Below the pieces are notes generated by a model that made no database searches, was not told the DNA's origin, and worked only from the letters and a program-made list of their open reading frames with translations. 64,000 nt of DNA, from NCBI GenBank assembly GCA_043820105.1, contig JBDREC010000046.1:8687-72686 (forward strand), in the 5' to 3' direction. Positions 27,320 to 36,467 of the stretch are shown in pieces (positions within the stretch are counted from its first letter, which is position 1; every line of letters begins with the position of its first letter). The stretch is from Pseudomonadota bacterium (GTDB lineage: Bacteria; Bdellovibrionota_F; JAHFAK01; JBDREC01). The translations under genes and the position numbers were made by a program.

Positions 27320-29386
27320 ATGAAAAAAATTCTGTTTCTTTTAATTATCCATGTTTTTTTATTTCAGTTCTTGTTTGCCTCAAGCCAAAGAGCTCATCAA
27401 ATTGAAGCTGGGGATTATTTGACATTAAATTTTCCTGTTTCAGTTCTTTTATCTCCTGACTCAAAATATATTGCATACACTGAAATGAGATGGACTGGAG
27501 AAGATGAAAAAAGAGATAAGGATCTATGGATTGTTTCAGTTAAAAATAAAACTAAAAAGAGGCTTACTTTTGATGGTTTAGCCCCAGGAAATATTGCCTG
27601 GTCAAATGATTCAAAATCAATTTACTTTACTGCTTCAATCTCAAAGGCTGAGCATGTTGATCCGCCATATAATGGAAAGACACAAGTTTATAAGATCAGC
27701 ATTAGTAATCCTGATCCCTTTCCAATTACAAGAGAAGAAAAAGGGGTTTCATTATTTCAAATAACTAGCGATGAAAAATTTATTTACTACACTTCAAGCG
27801 AGCAAGTTTTTGAAGATGATTGGAAGGAAATGAAGGAAGGTAGATCTGATATAAAATATGGTCATGGAGTCAATGATTATAATCCTATTTTTAAATATGA
27901 TGTTGAAAACTGGAAATCAGAAAAAATACTGGATGCAAAGAAAGTAATTTGGTCTATGCATTTGTCGCCTGATGACTCGAAGCTTGCAATGCATACAACA
28001 ACAGGCAATGAGCTTATTTATAACGAAGGTTGGTCAGATGTAGAAGTTTTGGATCTAAAAACAAATGAGCTAAAAAAAATAACTGAAGGTGATTTTAGAA
28101 AAAATCATAAAACACCATATGGATGGCTTGAAGAAATTGCCTGGGCTTATGATAGTAAAACTCTAGCTTTTTCCTTGGGATTTGATGGTTATCCCTGTCA
28201 ATTATATGCAGCTAGTATTACAGGGGATAAAAGTAAAACATGGAAGCTATCTGCTCCAAAAGACTCTGATGTTACTGGTCATTTGAAATGGTATCCTGGA
28301 AAATTGACTCTAATGTTTTTGGCTGAGATTAAAGCCCATCAATATCTATATGGAATTGAAGATGTTAAGGATTCAAAGCAAGGGGATTTTAAGTTGTTTA
28401 CAAAAGATCCAATTGTTGTTCATGATTTTGACATGAATAAAGAAAAAAAGATTGCTTTAATAAAGCAATCAGGACTTGAGTTTGAAGATATATTTTTATT
28501 AAAGGCAGACAAGTTTGATAAAATTACAGAACTGAATCCTCAGACAAGCGAATGGATTTTGCCTCAGATTCAAATCGTTAAATGGGAAGGTGCTGATGGC
28601 GATATTGTTGAGGGTATTTTAGAGCTTCCTGCTGGCTATAAAAAAAGCGATGGGCCTCTTCCAACCATAATTGAAATTCATGGTGGACCTACTGCATCAA
28701 CAAAAGATAGAATTAGGTTTTGGATTTATGGAAGAACCTTGATGGCTTCAAAGGGTTATGCTTTATTAAGCCCTAATTATCACGGTTCAACAGGCTATGG
28801 TGAAAAGTTTATGACTAAGCTTATTGGCAGAGAAAATGATATTGAAGTGGAAGATATTGTAAAGGGAACTGAATATTTGATAAGCCAGGGAATAGCAGAT
28901 AAAGAAAAAATTGGTGTTATGGGGTGGTCAAATGGTGGTTATTTGACTAATTGTTTAATAGTAAAAAGACCGGATCTTTATAAGGCAGCCTCATCTGGAG
29001 CTGGGGTTTTAGACATGGTTATTGAATGGGGAATTGAAGATACACCTGGCCATGTTATTAATTATATGAAAGGGTTTCCATGGGAAAAGCAAAAAGCCTA
29101 TGTAAAAGCCTCGCCATTATATGAACTTAATAAAGTTAAAACCCCGACTTTGATTCACTTCGGAGAAAATGATGCTCGTGTTCCAATTGCTCACGCGACT
29201 GCTCTTCATAGGGCGCTTCATTATTATCTGAAGGTTCCAACTCAATTAATTGTATATCCTGATGAAGGTCATAGTTTGCAAATATATAAGAATAGACTTT
29301 TAAAAATGCAGTGGGATCTTGCTTGGTTTGAAAAATATTTATTAAAAACTGAAAAAAAAGAAGATGATAAAAAGACAGTGAGGTGA
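27320..29386 (+). CDS. S9-family serine peptidase (beta-propeller + alpha/beta-hydrolase)
   Basis: A signal peptide, then the GWSNGGY nucleophile elbow and a downstream Asp/His (DEGH). Confidence 0.8.
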   Translation: MKKILFLLIIHVFLFQFLFASSQRAHQIEAGDYLTLNFPVSVLLSPDSKYIAYTEMRWTGEDEKRDKDLWIVSVKNKTKKRLTFDGLAPGNIAWSNDSKSIYFTASISKAEHVDPPYNGKTQVYKISISNPDPFPITREEKGVSLFQITSDEKFIYYTSSEQVFEDDWKEMKEGRSDIKYGHGVNDYNPIFKYDVENWKSEKILDAKKVIWSMHLSPDDSKLAMHTTTGNELIYNEGWSDVEVLDLKTNELKKITEGDFRKNHKTPYGWLEEIAWAYDSKTLAFSLGFDGYPCQLYAASITGDKSKTWKLSAPKDSDVTGHLKWYPGKLTLMFLAEIKAHQYLYGIEDVKDSKQGDFKLFTKDPIVVHDFDMNKEKKIALIKQSGLEFEDIFLLKADKFDKITELNPQTSEWILPQIQIVKWEGADGDIVEGILELPAGYKKSDGPLPTIIEIHGGPTASTKDRIRFWIYGRTLMASKGYALLSPNYHGSTGYGEKFMTKLIGRENDIEVEDIVKGTEYLISQGIADKEKIGVMGWSNGGYLTNCLIVKRPDLYKAASSGAGVLDMVIEWGIEDTPGHVINYMKGFPWEKQKAYVKASPLYELNKVKTPTLIHFGENDARVPIAHATALHRALHYYLKVPTQLIVYPDEGHSLQIYKNRLLKMQWDLAWFEKYLLKTEKKEDDKKTVR

Positions 29387-29395
29387 TTTATTTTG

Positions 29396-30694
29396 TTATT
29401 GGCTTAACTTTTCACGAAGCTCTTCAGGTAAGAATTCAAAAGGAATTGTAGCATCAATCAAAAATAAATTTGCATAATCTTTAACGCTCATGTGATAAAA
29501 ACCATTCATGCCACTATCCGAACCCCAGCTGTTTTGCATGAGGATCCATTCCACATTTCCTTTTGCATTCATTTTATAACCAACTGCAAGCATTGCATGC
29601 ATTCCTTCTCTTGATATGCCTGTTGAAAGGGCTTCAGTTCTTGTTATTTTAGGAAAATCTACGAGGCTGCTATAATCAAAGGCTTTCATTGACATAACAC
29701 CAGTTTTAGTGTGGATGAATTCTGTTCTCATTGAAACACCAAGAGGAACATAGACACCGTTATTAAGTGCATTTCGAATAGAGTTTATAAAATTATCAAA
29801 TGAAAGATTCAATTCGTAAATTGGTGATTCAATTGTGCTGTTTCCATTTCCTGAAAAAATGAGTTTGTTGAAATAATAAGTAGGATATCTAGGATCATTA
29901 AATGTGTCGATGTAAGTCATTTCACCAATATTTATCAAGGACTCTGCCAATTCTTTTGGACTAGTTTCTTTGCCTTTAAATATAGTACTATTTGGCACTT
30001 TACCCATTGATTTATCTAGCAGTGCTTGTGCCTTATCAAGGTGTTTATAAACATAATCTATTAGCTCGCTTTCATTGACAGAACCAGAGTCATACATTTT
30101 CCTAAACTCTTGTTTGGCGTCCATTAGTAGATAGCCAAGCAAAGTTGTAACATATTCACTGTATTCGCTCGTTGCTGTTTCTGGATACTCTTCTTCTTGA
30201 ACAAAACCATATTCAGCAATTAAGCCCATTGCTGTTTGATAAACTCCACCATCTTGAACAAAATTTATTGTATAATCATCAGGATTATAGACACCATCTC
30301 CTTCATCATAGATTGCAAAGGCTTCAGCAAAATCTTCTTTATAGATAATCCTATTTAATGAATCTGCAAATTTATGATATAGAGCCCAGTAGTATATGTA
30401 TGATTCAGAGATATTTATTAGAATACCTTTTTTCTTTAATGAAGCTTCAATTGCTGCTGTTGTGGCAAAAATCCAACATCTTCCTGTGTCCGCCTGATCA
30501 TCTATCTTGGGTCTTGGTAAGATGAGGTCATATTCTTCCAGGGTAATCTCGGTTCCATCGTAATTAGCATATTTAATACCATCTTCAAAAACATCACCAT
30601 AACTATTCGTCCAAAAAGAAAAAATGATTGCAAAAATTATTAAGAATAAGGCTAAAAAGAAATTTTGGCTGGCTCTTTGGATATTATTCTTCAT
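29396..30694 (-). CDS. C1-family (papain-like) cysteine peptidase, membrane-anchored/secreted
   Basis: The catalytic Cys motif (QADTGRCWIFATT) and the C-terminal NSWGSDSGMNGFYHM motif. The N-terminus has a TM/signal segment. Confidence 0.75.
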   Translation of the reverse strand: MKNNIQRASQNFFLALFLIIFAIIFSFWTNSYGDVFEDGIKYANYDGTEITLEEYDLILPRPKIDDQADTGRCWIFATTAAIEASLKKKGILINISESYIYYWALYHKFADSLNRIIYKEDFAEAFAIYDEGDGVYNPDDYTINFVQDGGVYQTAMGLIAEYGFVQEEEYPETATSEYSEYVTTLLGYLLMDAKQEFRKMYDSGSVNESELIDYVYKHLDKAQALLDKSMGKVPNSTIFKGKETSPKELAESLINIGEMTYIDTFNDPRYPTYYFNKLIFSGNGNSTIESPIYELNLSFDNFINSIRNALNNGVYVPLGVSMRTEFIHTKTGVMSMKAFDYSSLVDFPKITRTEALSTGISREGMHAMLAVGYKMNAKGNVEWILMQNSWGSDSGMNGFYHMSVKDYANLFLIDATIPFEFLPEELREKLSQ

Positions 30695-30869
30695 TTTATC
30701 TCCAGATTTTTTCCCTGATTCATAATATATTAATCCGTTTGCAAAAATTATACCGAAGCTGGTCTTATAATGGTTTTGTTAATTAAGAGTGTAATTTTAA
30801 TGACTTGTGTTGTTTGTCTCTAGTTTAATGAAGGTCTGATAGGTGTCAAATTGGCTTGTTTGTGCACGT

Positions 30870-31268
30870 TTATAGGTTTTTATATTTTTGTTCTAGTTCA
30901 AACTCTGAAGAAGTTACATAGTCTTCAATTTTTCTCATTCTTTCATTCATGGTTCTATATTTATGTCTTATATCTGCAAATGTTTCCTTTGGTGTTAGGG
31001 TAACAGATCTCCAAAATATAGCCTCTTCTTCTGATCGATATTGATTAGCTGGTTTTTTCTTTAGTATAAATATTAAAGCAATATATCCTATCCAAAAAAA
31101 TGGTGATAAGAAGATTGCTCCTATTATAATAATTAATCTAACAAGTGTTCTGGAAATGTTTAAATAATCTGCTATTCCAGCACAAATTCCAAATAAAATG
31201 CCTTTATCAGGATTCCTGTACAGGCGATGTGGATTTATTGATTCGTAACTCATATTTTGTTCCTCCAT
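30870..31268 (-). CDS. pspC: Phage shock protein C
   Basis: A PspC domain (GILFGICAGIADYLNI) and a C-terminal EDYVTSSEF comparable to E. coli PspC. Confidence 0.75.
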   Translation of the reverse strand: MEEQNMSYESINPHRLYRNPDKGILFGICAGIADYLNISRTLVRLIIIIGAIFLSPFFWIGYIALIFILKKKPANQYRSEEEAIFWRSVTLTPKETFADIRHKYRTMNERMRKIEDYVTSSEFELEQKYKNL

Positions 31269-31483
31269 TTTGGGTTGTCTTTGTCTAGAATTGTTTCAAT
31301 TGAATTTATCCTTGTTTCCATTTTTTGTGCTGCTTGCCAAAGGTCAGATAATATTTGCTCATCTTCTCGTGATAGTGTTTTTGCTGATTTTATTTTGGCT
31401 ATATAGTGGAGGATTAGCCAAAATGGAACTATGATTATAAGAAAAGCAAAAAATAATGAAACTGTTACAATTGTTGGGGCCAT
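31250..31483 (-). CDS. pspB: Phage shock protein B
   Basis: 77 aa: a single TM followed by LHY...SxxDxxxLxxLxxxAxxMxxRIxxxExILD, which aligns with E. coli PspB. Confidence 0.7.
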   Translation of the reverse strand: MAPTIVTVSLFFAFLIIIVPFWLILHYIAKIKSAKTLSREDEQILSDLWQAAQKMETRINSIETILDKDNPKWRNKI

Positions 31484-31492
31484 TTTATTTCC

Positions 31493-31560
31493 TTTGAAAG
31501 TGGTAAGCTGTAGGTTGTAAGCTGTAAGAAAGGAGTACAGCGTACGGCGTACAGCGTACA
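31493..31560. repeat. Degenerate heptamer repeat block: (GTGGTAA-like)x4 then (GTACAGC)x4
   Basis: Read directly from the sequence. It lies in the pspA-pspB intergenic spacer. Confidence 0.7.
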
Positions 31561-31568
31561 GCGTTTGC

Positions 31569-32231
31569 TTATTTTCCTAGTTTTTCTTTTAGTTTTTGTA
31601 GTTCTGTTTCTATTTCGTTTTCGTGTTCTAGTTTTTCGAATTCATCTTCTAAGGATTTTTTGCCCCCCTTTATTTTCATGGCTTCTATTTCGCCTTCCAT
31701 TCTATCAATATCGCGCTCGAATTTATCGAATTTATTAAGTGCTTTTGAGGTTTCTGATTTGTGAATTTGCCTGTTCATTTCAAGTCTTGAAGCTGCTGAC
31801 TGCTTTCTGGCTATAATAGTTTTTTGTTTTGTTTTTGCTTCACTAAGTTTATCTTCAAGTTGTTTTATATCTTTTTTAAAATGATCTAAGATTTCATTAA
31901 GATTGTTAAACTCAATATTATAGTCATTTTCAATTCTTTGCTTTTTAGCTTTTTCTTCAATTGCAGCCTTTGCTAAATCATCTCTTCCTTTTTCAACGGC
32001 AAGCTCTGCTTTGCTTTGCCACATATTTTGATTTTCTTTTAAAAGTTCAATATTTCTTTCAATAGTTTTTTTGTCAGCAATGTATTTTGCTGCTTGAGAC
32101 TTGACTTCAACAAGAGTATCTTCCATCTCTTGAATCATTAGCCTGACCATTTTTTCTGGATCCTCTGCTTTATCAAGCATATGGATTATGTTTGAATTAA
32201 TAATATCTGTAAGTCTTGAAAAAATTCCCAT
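31569..32231 (-). CDS. pspA: Phage shock protein A (PspA/IM30)
   Basis: The N-terminus MGIFSRLTDIINSNI...AEDPEKMVRLMIQEMEDTLVEV is nearly identical to the E. coli PspA N-terminus. The rest is coiled-coil. Confidence 0.9.
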   Translation of the reverse strand: MGIFSRLTDIINSNIIHMLDKAEDPEKMVRLMIQEMEDTLVEVKSQAAKYIADKKTIERNIELLKENQNMWQSKAELAVEKGRDDLAKAAIEEKAKKQRIENDYNIEFNNLNEILDHFKKDIKQLEDKLSEAKTKQKTIIARKQSAASRLEMNRQIHKSETSKALNKFDKFERDIDRMEGEIEAMKIKGGKKSLEDEFEKLEHENEIETELQKLKEKLGK

Positions 32232-32295
32232 TTTTGCCTCCTGTTTATATGGTAAATTAATACCCATATGTTATTAAAATATTCAAGGAATTAAT

Positions 32296-32568
32296 TTAAT
32301 AATCCCTGAATTTATCATAAGGTTGGTGGCAAATACAAAATCCTGTATCTGCCCAGTCCTTTTTTCTATCAATATTTTCTGATTCCTCAGATAAAATTTC
32401 ATAGTTTTTTTTGTTTTTATCTGAAAGGCTTGTTGCTTCATTTTGTATAAGATTAAAATTGTTTTCAAGGGAGCTTAGTTTTTCTTCAGAAGATAAAAAT
32501 AATAAAAAGCCAATTGAAAGGAATAGGCTTTCTTTGATTATATTATTTTTATTAATTATACTTATCAT
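32296..32568 (-). CDS. Hypothetical small protein in the pspA leader (may be non-coding)
   Basis: A 90-aa ORF between the sigma-54 promoter and pspA, with a hydrophobic N-terminus. Confidence 0.25.
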   Translation of the reverse strand: MISIINKNNIIKESLFLSIGFLLFLSSEEKLSSLENNFNLIQNEATSLSDKNKKNYEILSEESENIDRKKDWADTGFCICHQPYDKFRDY

Positions 32569-32616
32569 TATACTTTTTTCCTTTTTAACTAAGCCCTAAA
32601 ACATAAGAAGGCGATA

Positions 32617-32634
32617 TTGCATGGAATGTGCCAA
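32617..32634 (-). promoter_or_regulatory. Sigma-54 promoter of the psp operon
   Basis: The minus strand reads TTGGCACATTCCATGCAAT (TGGCAC-N5-ATGCA). It is positioned as in classical PspF-dependent pspA promoters. Confidence 0.55.
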
Positions 32635-32765
32635 TTCTTTGACATTGGATAAGTGTCTATAATCAAACACCAAATTTCGTCTCATCTGAAAAAGCTTGAT
32701 TTTTATAGTGGCGTAAAATACCATGAAGTGGCATAAAACAATAAATAAGGTTTAAAAAAACCAAT

Positions 32766-33788
32766 TTGAGTGATTTCGTTGAAAATAATCCCTTAATAGG
32801 GGAATCTGAATCTTTTCATCTGGCTTTAAACAAGGTTTCAGTTTTAGCAAAAATAAATAAACCTGTTTTAGTAGTTGGTGAAAGAGGAACAGGTAAAGAA
32901 TTATTTGCAGCCAGGCTTCATTATCTTTCTGACCGCTGGGACAATGACTATTTAAAGCTTAATTGTTCAACTTTAACTGAAGGTATTTTAGAATCAGAAC
33001 TCTTTGGTCATGAGGCGGGTTCTTTTACAGGTGCTTTAAAAAAACATATTGGTGTATTTGAAAAAGCTGATAATGGAACTTTATTTCTTGATGAAATTGC
33101 TAATACATCCTTAAGGCTTCAGGAAAAAATACTAAGAGTAATTGAATATGGTGAATTTACAAGAGTTGGTGGAAATATTAATCTTAAGACTGATGTGAGA
33201 ATTGTTGCAGCTACTAATATTGACTTGCCTAATTTGGCCAGTTGCGGCCAATTTCGCTTTGATTTGCTTGATCGCTTATCTTTTGATGTTATTACAATAC
33301 CCCCTTTAAGAGAAAGAGGGCTTGATATTGTTTTGCTGGCAGAGCATTTTGCAATGAAAATGGTAAAGCAAATTAAGGGAGATTGTTTTTATGGCTTTTC
33401 TGATGAAAGCAAAAACAAGCTTTTAGCACATGCTTGGTCAGGAAATGTTCGTGAACTAAGAAATGTTATTGAAAGAACCGTTTTTCATGCTCATGTAAAC
33501 AAAAAAAAGACATATGAAATTATAATTAATCCATTTGAATCTGAGCATAAGTTGCCTGGTGCTTCTCTTGACTCAAAAGATAATATTGATATTATTCAAG
33601 AAAATATAAAAGAAAAAGGTCTTGAGGAAGTTTTAGATTTTTATTTAGCGGTTGATAATTATAAGAAAGAAATTTTGGGAAATGCATTAAGGAAAAATAA
33701 TTTTAATCAGAAAAAAACTGCATATAAGTTGGGTCTAACGTATAATCAGTTTAGGGGTCTAATTAGAAAGTTTAAGATAAAAAGATAA
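32766..33788 (+). CDS. pspF: Sigma-54 activator PspF (no receiver domain)
   Basis: It aligns with E. coli PspF (LIGESESF...KPVLVVGERGTGKELFAARLH) and carries GAFTGA and a C-terminal HTH. The start is a TTG. Confidence 0.85.
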   Translation: MSDFVENNPLIGESESFHLALNKVSVLAKINKPVLVVGERGTGKELFAARLHYLSDRWDNDYLKLNCSTLTEGILESELFGHEAGSFTGALKKHIGVFEKADNGTLFLDEIANTSLRLQEKILRVIEYGEFTRVGGNINLKTDVRIVAATNIDLPNLASCGQFRFDLLDRLSFDVITIPPLRERGLDIVLLAEHFAMKMVKQIKGDCFYGFSDESKNKLLAHAWSGNVRELRNVIERTVFHAHVNKKKTYEIIINPFESEHKLPGASLDSKDNIDIIQENIKEKGLEEVLDFYLAVDNYKKEILGNALRKNNFNQKKTAYKLGLTYNQFRGLIRKFKIKR

Positions 33789-33826
33789 AAGGGCTTGATA
33801 TTAAGAATGGCTTGGTTTAATAATTA

Positions 33827-33896
33827 GTGGTAAGTCGTAAGTGGTAAGTGGTAAGTGGTAAGTGTTAAGTGGTAAGTGTTAAGTGGTAAGTGGTAA
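33827..33896. repeat. (GTGGTAA)10 heptamer repeat with GTCGTAA/GTGTTAA variants
   Basis: It lies 39 nt after the pspF stop. Confidence 0.9.
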
Positions 33897-33965
33897 GAAG
33901 GATAACTGGTGACAGGTGCCCTGGTGACCTATTATTAAGTTAAGAATTAATACTTAAGAGTTAAT

Positions 33966-34832
33966 ATGAAAATGAAAAAATATATAATACTTTTTTTGCT
34001 TTTATTGTTTATGATGGGGTGCTCTGTAAAGCGTTTTGCTGTTAGGCAAGTTGGAGAAGTTATAAAAGATGGCATGGAAGCAGTTTATTCAGAAGAAGAT
34101 CTTGAACTAGCTAAAATTTCTATTGCTTCAAATTTGAAGCTTCTTGAGGTTTTGCTCGTTGATGATCCTGAGAATATAACTATTAAGATGTTGTTAACTG
34201 AAGGCTATGGAGCTTACTCTTTAGCTTTTATTGAAGAAGCTTCCCTCGTTAGGGCTAGTTATTTTTATAAAAAGGCAATGAAATATGCTGAGGAAGTTTT
34301 ACAAGAGGCAGATTATTTTAAAGCTGGTTTTAAATTAAGCATACCAGCTTTTGAAAAAGAAGTGAGTTTAATTAAAAAAGACCACGTAGATTCTGTTTTT
34401 TGGTTTGCATTTAATTGGGGACGCTATATTTTACTTAACCTGGATAACACGCAGGCTCTATTTGATCTTCCAAAGGTTGAAGCTTTAATGAAACAAGTGA
34501 TGGTTTTGGATGATAGCTTCTATTTTTCATCAGCACATTTGTTTTTTGGAAGCTTACATTCAGCCAGGCCTGTAATGCTTGGAGGTAAACCAGATTTATC
34601 AAAGAAGCATTTTGAAACATGTATTACTAATACGCAGGAAAAGTTCTTTCTTCATAAGTACTATTATGCAAAATATTATGCAGTTAGGGTTCAAGATCAG
34701 GATTTATTTAAAAAAATGTTAAGTGATGTTATCAACGGCGATCTTGAAATATTGCCAAGCTTCAGACTTATGAATAAAATTGCTCAAGTTAAGGCAAAAG
34801 CTTTGCTTGCAAAAAGTAGTGAGTATTTTTAA
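33966..34832 (+). CDS. TRAP-transporter-associated TatT-family lipoprotein (helical/TPR-like)
   Basis: A lipobox (LLLFMMGCS) and an all-helical body. It sits immediately upstream of dctPQM, as in TPAT-type TRAP systems. Confidence 0.5.
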   Translation: MKMKKYIILFLLLLFMMGCSVKRFAVRQVGEVIKDGMEAVYSEEDLELAKISIASNLKLLEVLLVDDPENITIKMLLTEGYGAYSLAFIEEASLVRASYFYKKAMKYAEEVLQEADYFKAGFKLSIPAFEKEVSLIKKDHVDSVFWFAFNWGRYILLNLDNTQALFDLPKVEALMKQVMVLDDSFYFSSAHLFFGSLHSARPVMLGGKPDLSKKHFETCITNTQEKFFLHKYYYAKYYAVRVQDQDLFKKMLSDVINGDLEILPSFRLMNKIAQVKAKALLAKSSEYF

Positions 34833-34851
34833 GCAAATTCAAGGAGTTTTT

Positions 34852-35862
34852 TTGAAAAGTAAGTATATAAAATTGTTTTTAATTATTTTTTTTACCTTAT
34901 CTATTTCTATGCTTGTTCAGCCAAAAACTATTATTAAATTAGCAACAGTAGCACCAGATGGTTCTGCTTGGATGAAGATCACAAAAGAATACACAGATGC
35001 TGTTGAAAAAGCCACAAATAATCGAATAGGTTTTAAACTTTATCCCGGTGGTGTTGCAGGTGATGAAAGAGCAGTTCTGCGAAAAATGAGATTTAATCAA
35101 ATTAATGCAGCTGGCTTTACTGGGGTTGGCTTAGGAGATATTTTACCAGAGGTTAGGATTCTTGACTCACCAATGCTATTTAGATCTTATGCTGAAGTTG
35201 ATTTTGTCTTGTCAAAATTTACAAAAGATTTTGAGAGTGAATTTTTAAAAAAAGGTTTTGTTTTGTTAGGGTGGACAGAGGTTGGATTTATTTACTTTTT
35301 TTCTCAATTAAATATTCTTACAAAAGAGCTTTTATCAGAAACCAAAATGTGGACCTGGGAAGGGGACCCTGTTTCTTCTGCTATGCTTAATTCTTTAAAT
35401 GTTAAACCTATTCCACTGGCAGTTACAGATGTTTTAACATCTTTGCAAACAAACTTAATTGATTCTGTCTATACTGGCCCAGCTGCCTGTGTAGCCTTAC
35501 AATGGTTTGCAAGGATTAAATATATTTTAGATGTAAAGCTTGCTGATGCGGTTGGTGCAATTTTGATTTCAGAAAAAACTTATAATATGCTTTCAAAACC
35601 AGATAGCAAAATACTTAAAGATCTGGGTTTTGAATATATGAAAAAGCTTACCAAGATATCAAGAAAAGATAATGACGAATCATTAAGCCTAATGCAGGGA
35701 AATGGAATCACTTTATTAAAACCCACAGAAAAAGATAAAGAATTCTTTGTAAAGGCCGGACAACAGGCAAGACAAGCCCTTGTTGGAAAAATGTATTCAA
35801 AAGAATTATTAAATCGATTTGAAAAGACTTTGGAAGAGTTTAGGAAAAGTGGTAAGCGGTAA
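34852..35862 (+). CDS. dctP: TRAP transporter substrate-binding protein (DctP family)
   Basis: DctP-like periplasmic binding fold. I chose the TTG start at 34852 because AAGGAG lies 5 nt upstream. The ORF extends to 34780. Confidence 0.8.
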   Translation: MKSKYIKLFLIIFFTLSISMLVQPKTIIKLATVAPDGSAWMKITKEYTDAVEKATNNRIGFKLYPGGVAGDERAVLRKMRFNQINAAGFTGVGLGDILPEVRILDSPMLFRSYAEVDFVLSKFTKDFESEFLKKGFVLLGWTEVGFIYFFSQLNILTKELLSETKMWTWEGDPVSSAMLNSLNVKPIPLAVTDVLTSLQTNLIDSVYTGPAACVALQWFARIKYILDVKLADAVGAILISEKTYNMLSKPDSKILKDLGFEYMKKLTKISRKDNDESLSLMQGNGITLLKPTEKDKEFFVKAGQQARQALVGKMYSKELLNRFEKTLEEFRKSGKR

Positions 35863-35925
35863 GTGGTAAGGGGTAAGTGGTAAGTGGTAAGTGGTAAGTG
35901 GTAAGTCGTAAGTCGTAAGTCGTAA
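35849..35925. repeat. (GTGGTAA)11 heptamer repeat with GCGGTAA/GGGGTAA/GTCGTAA variants, overlapping the dctP stop codon
   Basis: The dctP TAA stop is the TAA of the second repeat unit. Confidence 0.9.
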
Positions 35926-35981
35926 GATTGGATGCTCGATGTTGGGAGGTGCTTAGTTAGTGACTATTAATGAAAGGTTAA

Positions 35982-36464
35982 ATGAAACTGATTAGATATA
36001 TAAATGAAAAAATTGTTAAGCTTGAAATTGGTGTTTTAGTAGCTATTACAATGTTTATGATTATTTCATCTTTTGTTCAGGTTGTCTTAAGGACCTTTTT
36101 TAATACGGGTTTTGAAGCAGCTGATATTATTAACAGGCATCTTGTGCTTTGGATAGGTTTTATTGGTGCTTCCTTAGCTACGCATAATGAAAAACATATT
36201 AATGTCGACTTGTTTTCTGTATTTATCTCAAAGAAACATAAAAAAATTGCAAAAGTAATTACTTCTTTATTTGCTATTGCAATTTGTATAATTTTGGCAA
36301 AGGCAGGTATTGATTTTGTGAAATCTGAGATTGAATTTTCTATGCCCATTATTGGTAATATAAAGCCTTTCTATTTTGAACTTATTATTCCGTTTGGCTA
36401 CATTGTTATTGCTGCTCGCTTTTTATTGAATCTTATTGAGAATCTTTTGCCAGGAGATAAGTAA
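35982..36464 (+). CDS. dctQ: TRAP transporter small permease (DctQ)
   Basis: 160 aa with 4 TM helices. Confidence 0.75.
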   Translation: MKLIRYINEKIVKLEIGVLVAITMFMIISSFVQVVLRTFFNTGFEAADIINRHLVLWIGFIGASLATHNEKHINVDLFSVFISKKHKKIAKVITSLFAIAICIILAKAGIDFVKSEIEFSMPIIGNIKPFYFELIIPFGYIVIAARFLLNLIENLLPGDK

Positions 36465-36467
36465 GCC

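Noticed and set aside
32639-32663. Perfect TTGACA and TATAAT hexamers upstream of pspF
   Set aside because: The spacer is only 13 nt, so it is unlikely to work as a sigma-70 promoter as written. I kept it only as a note.
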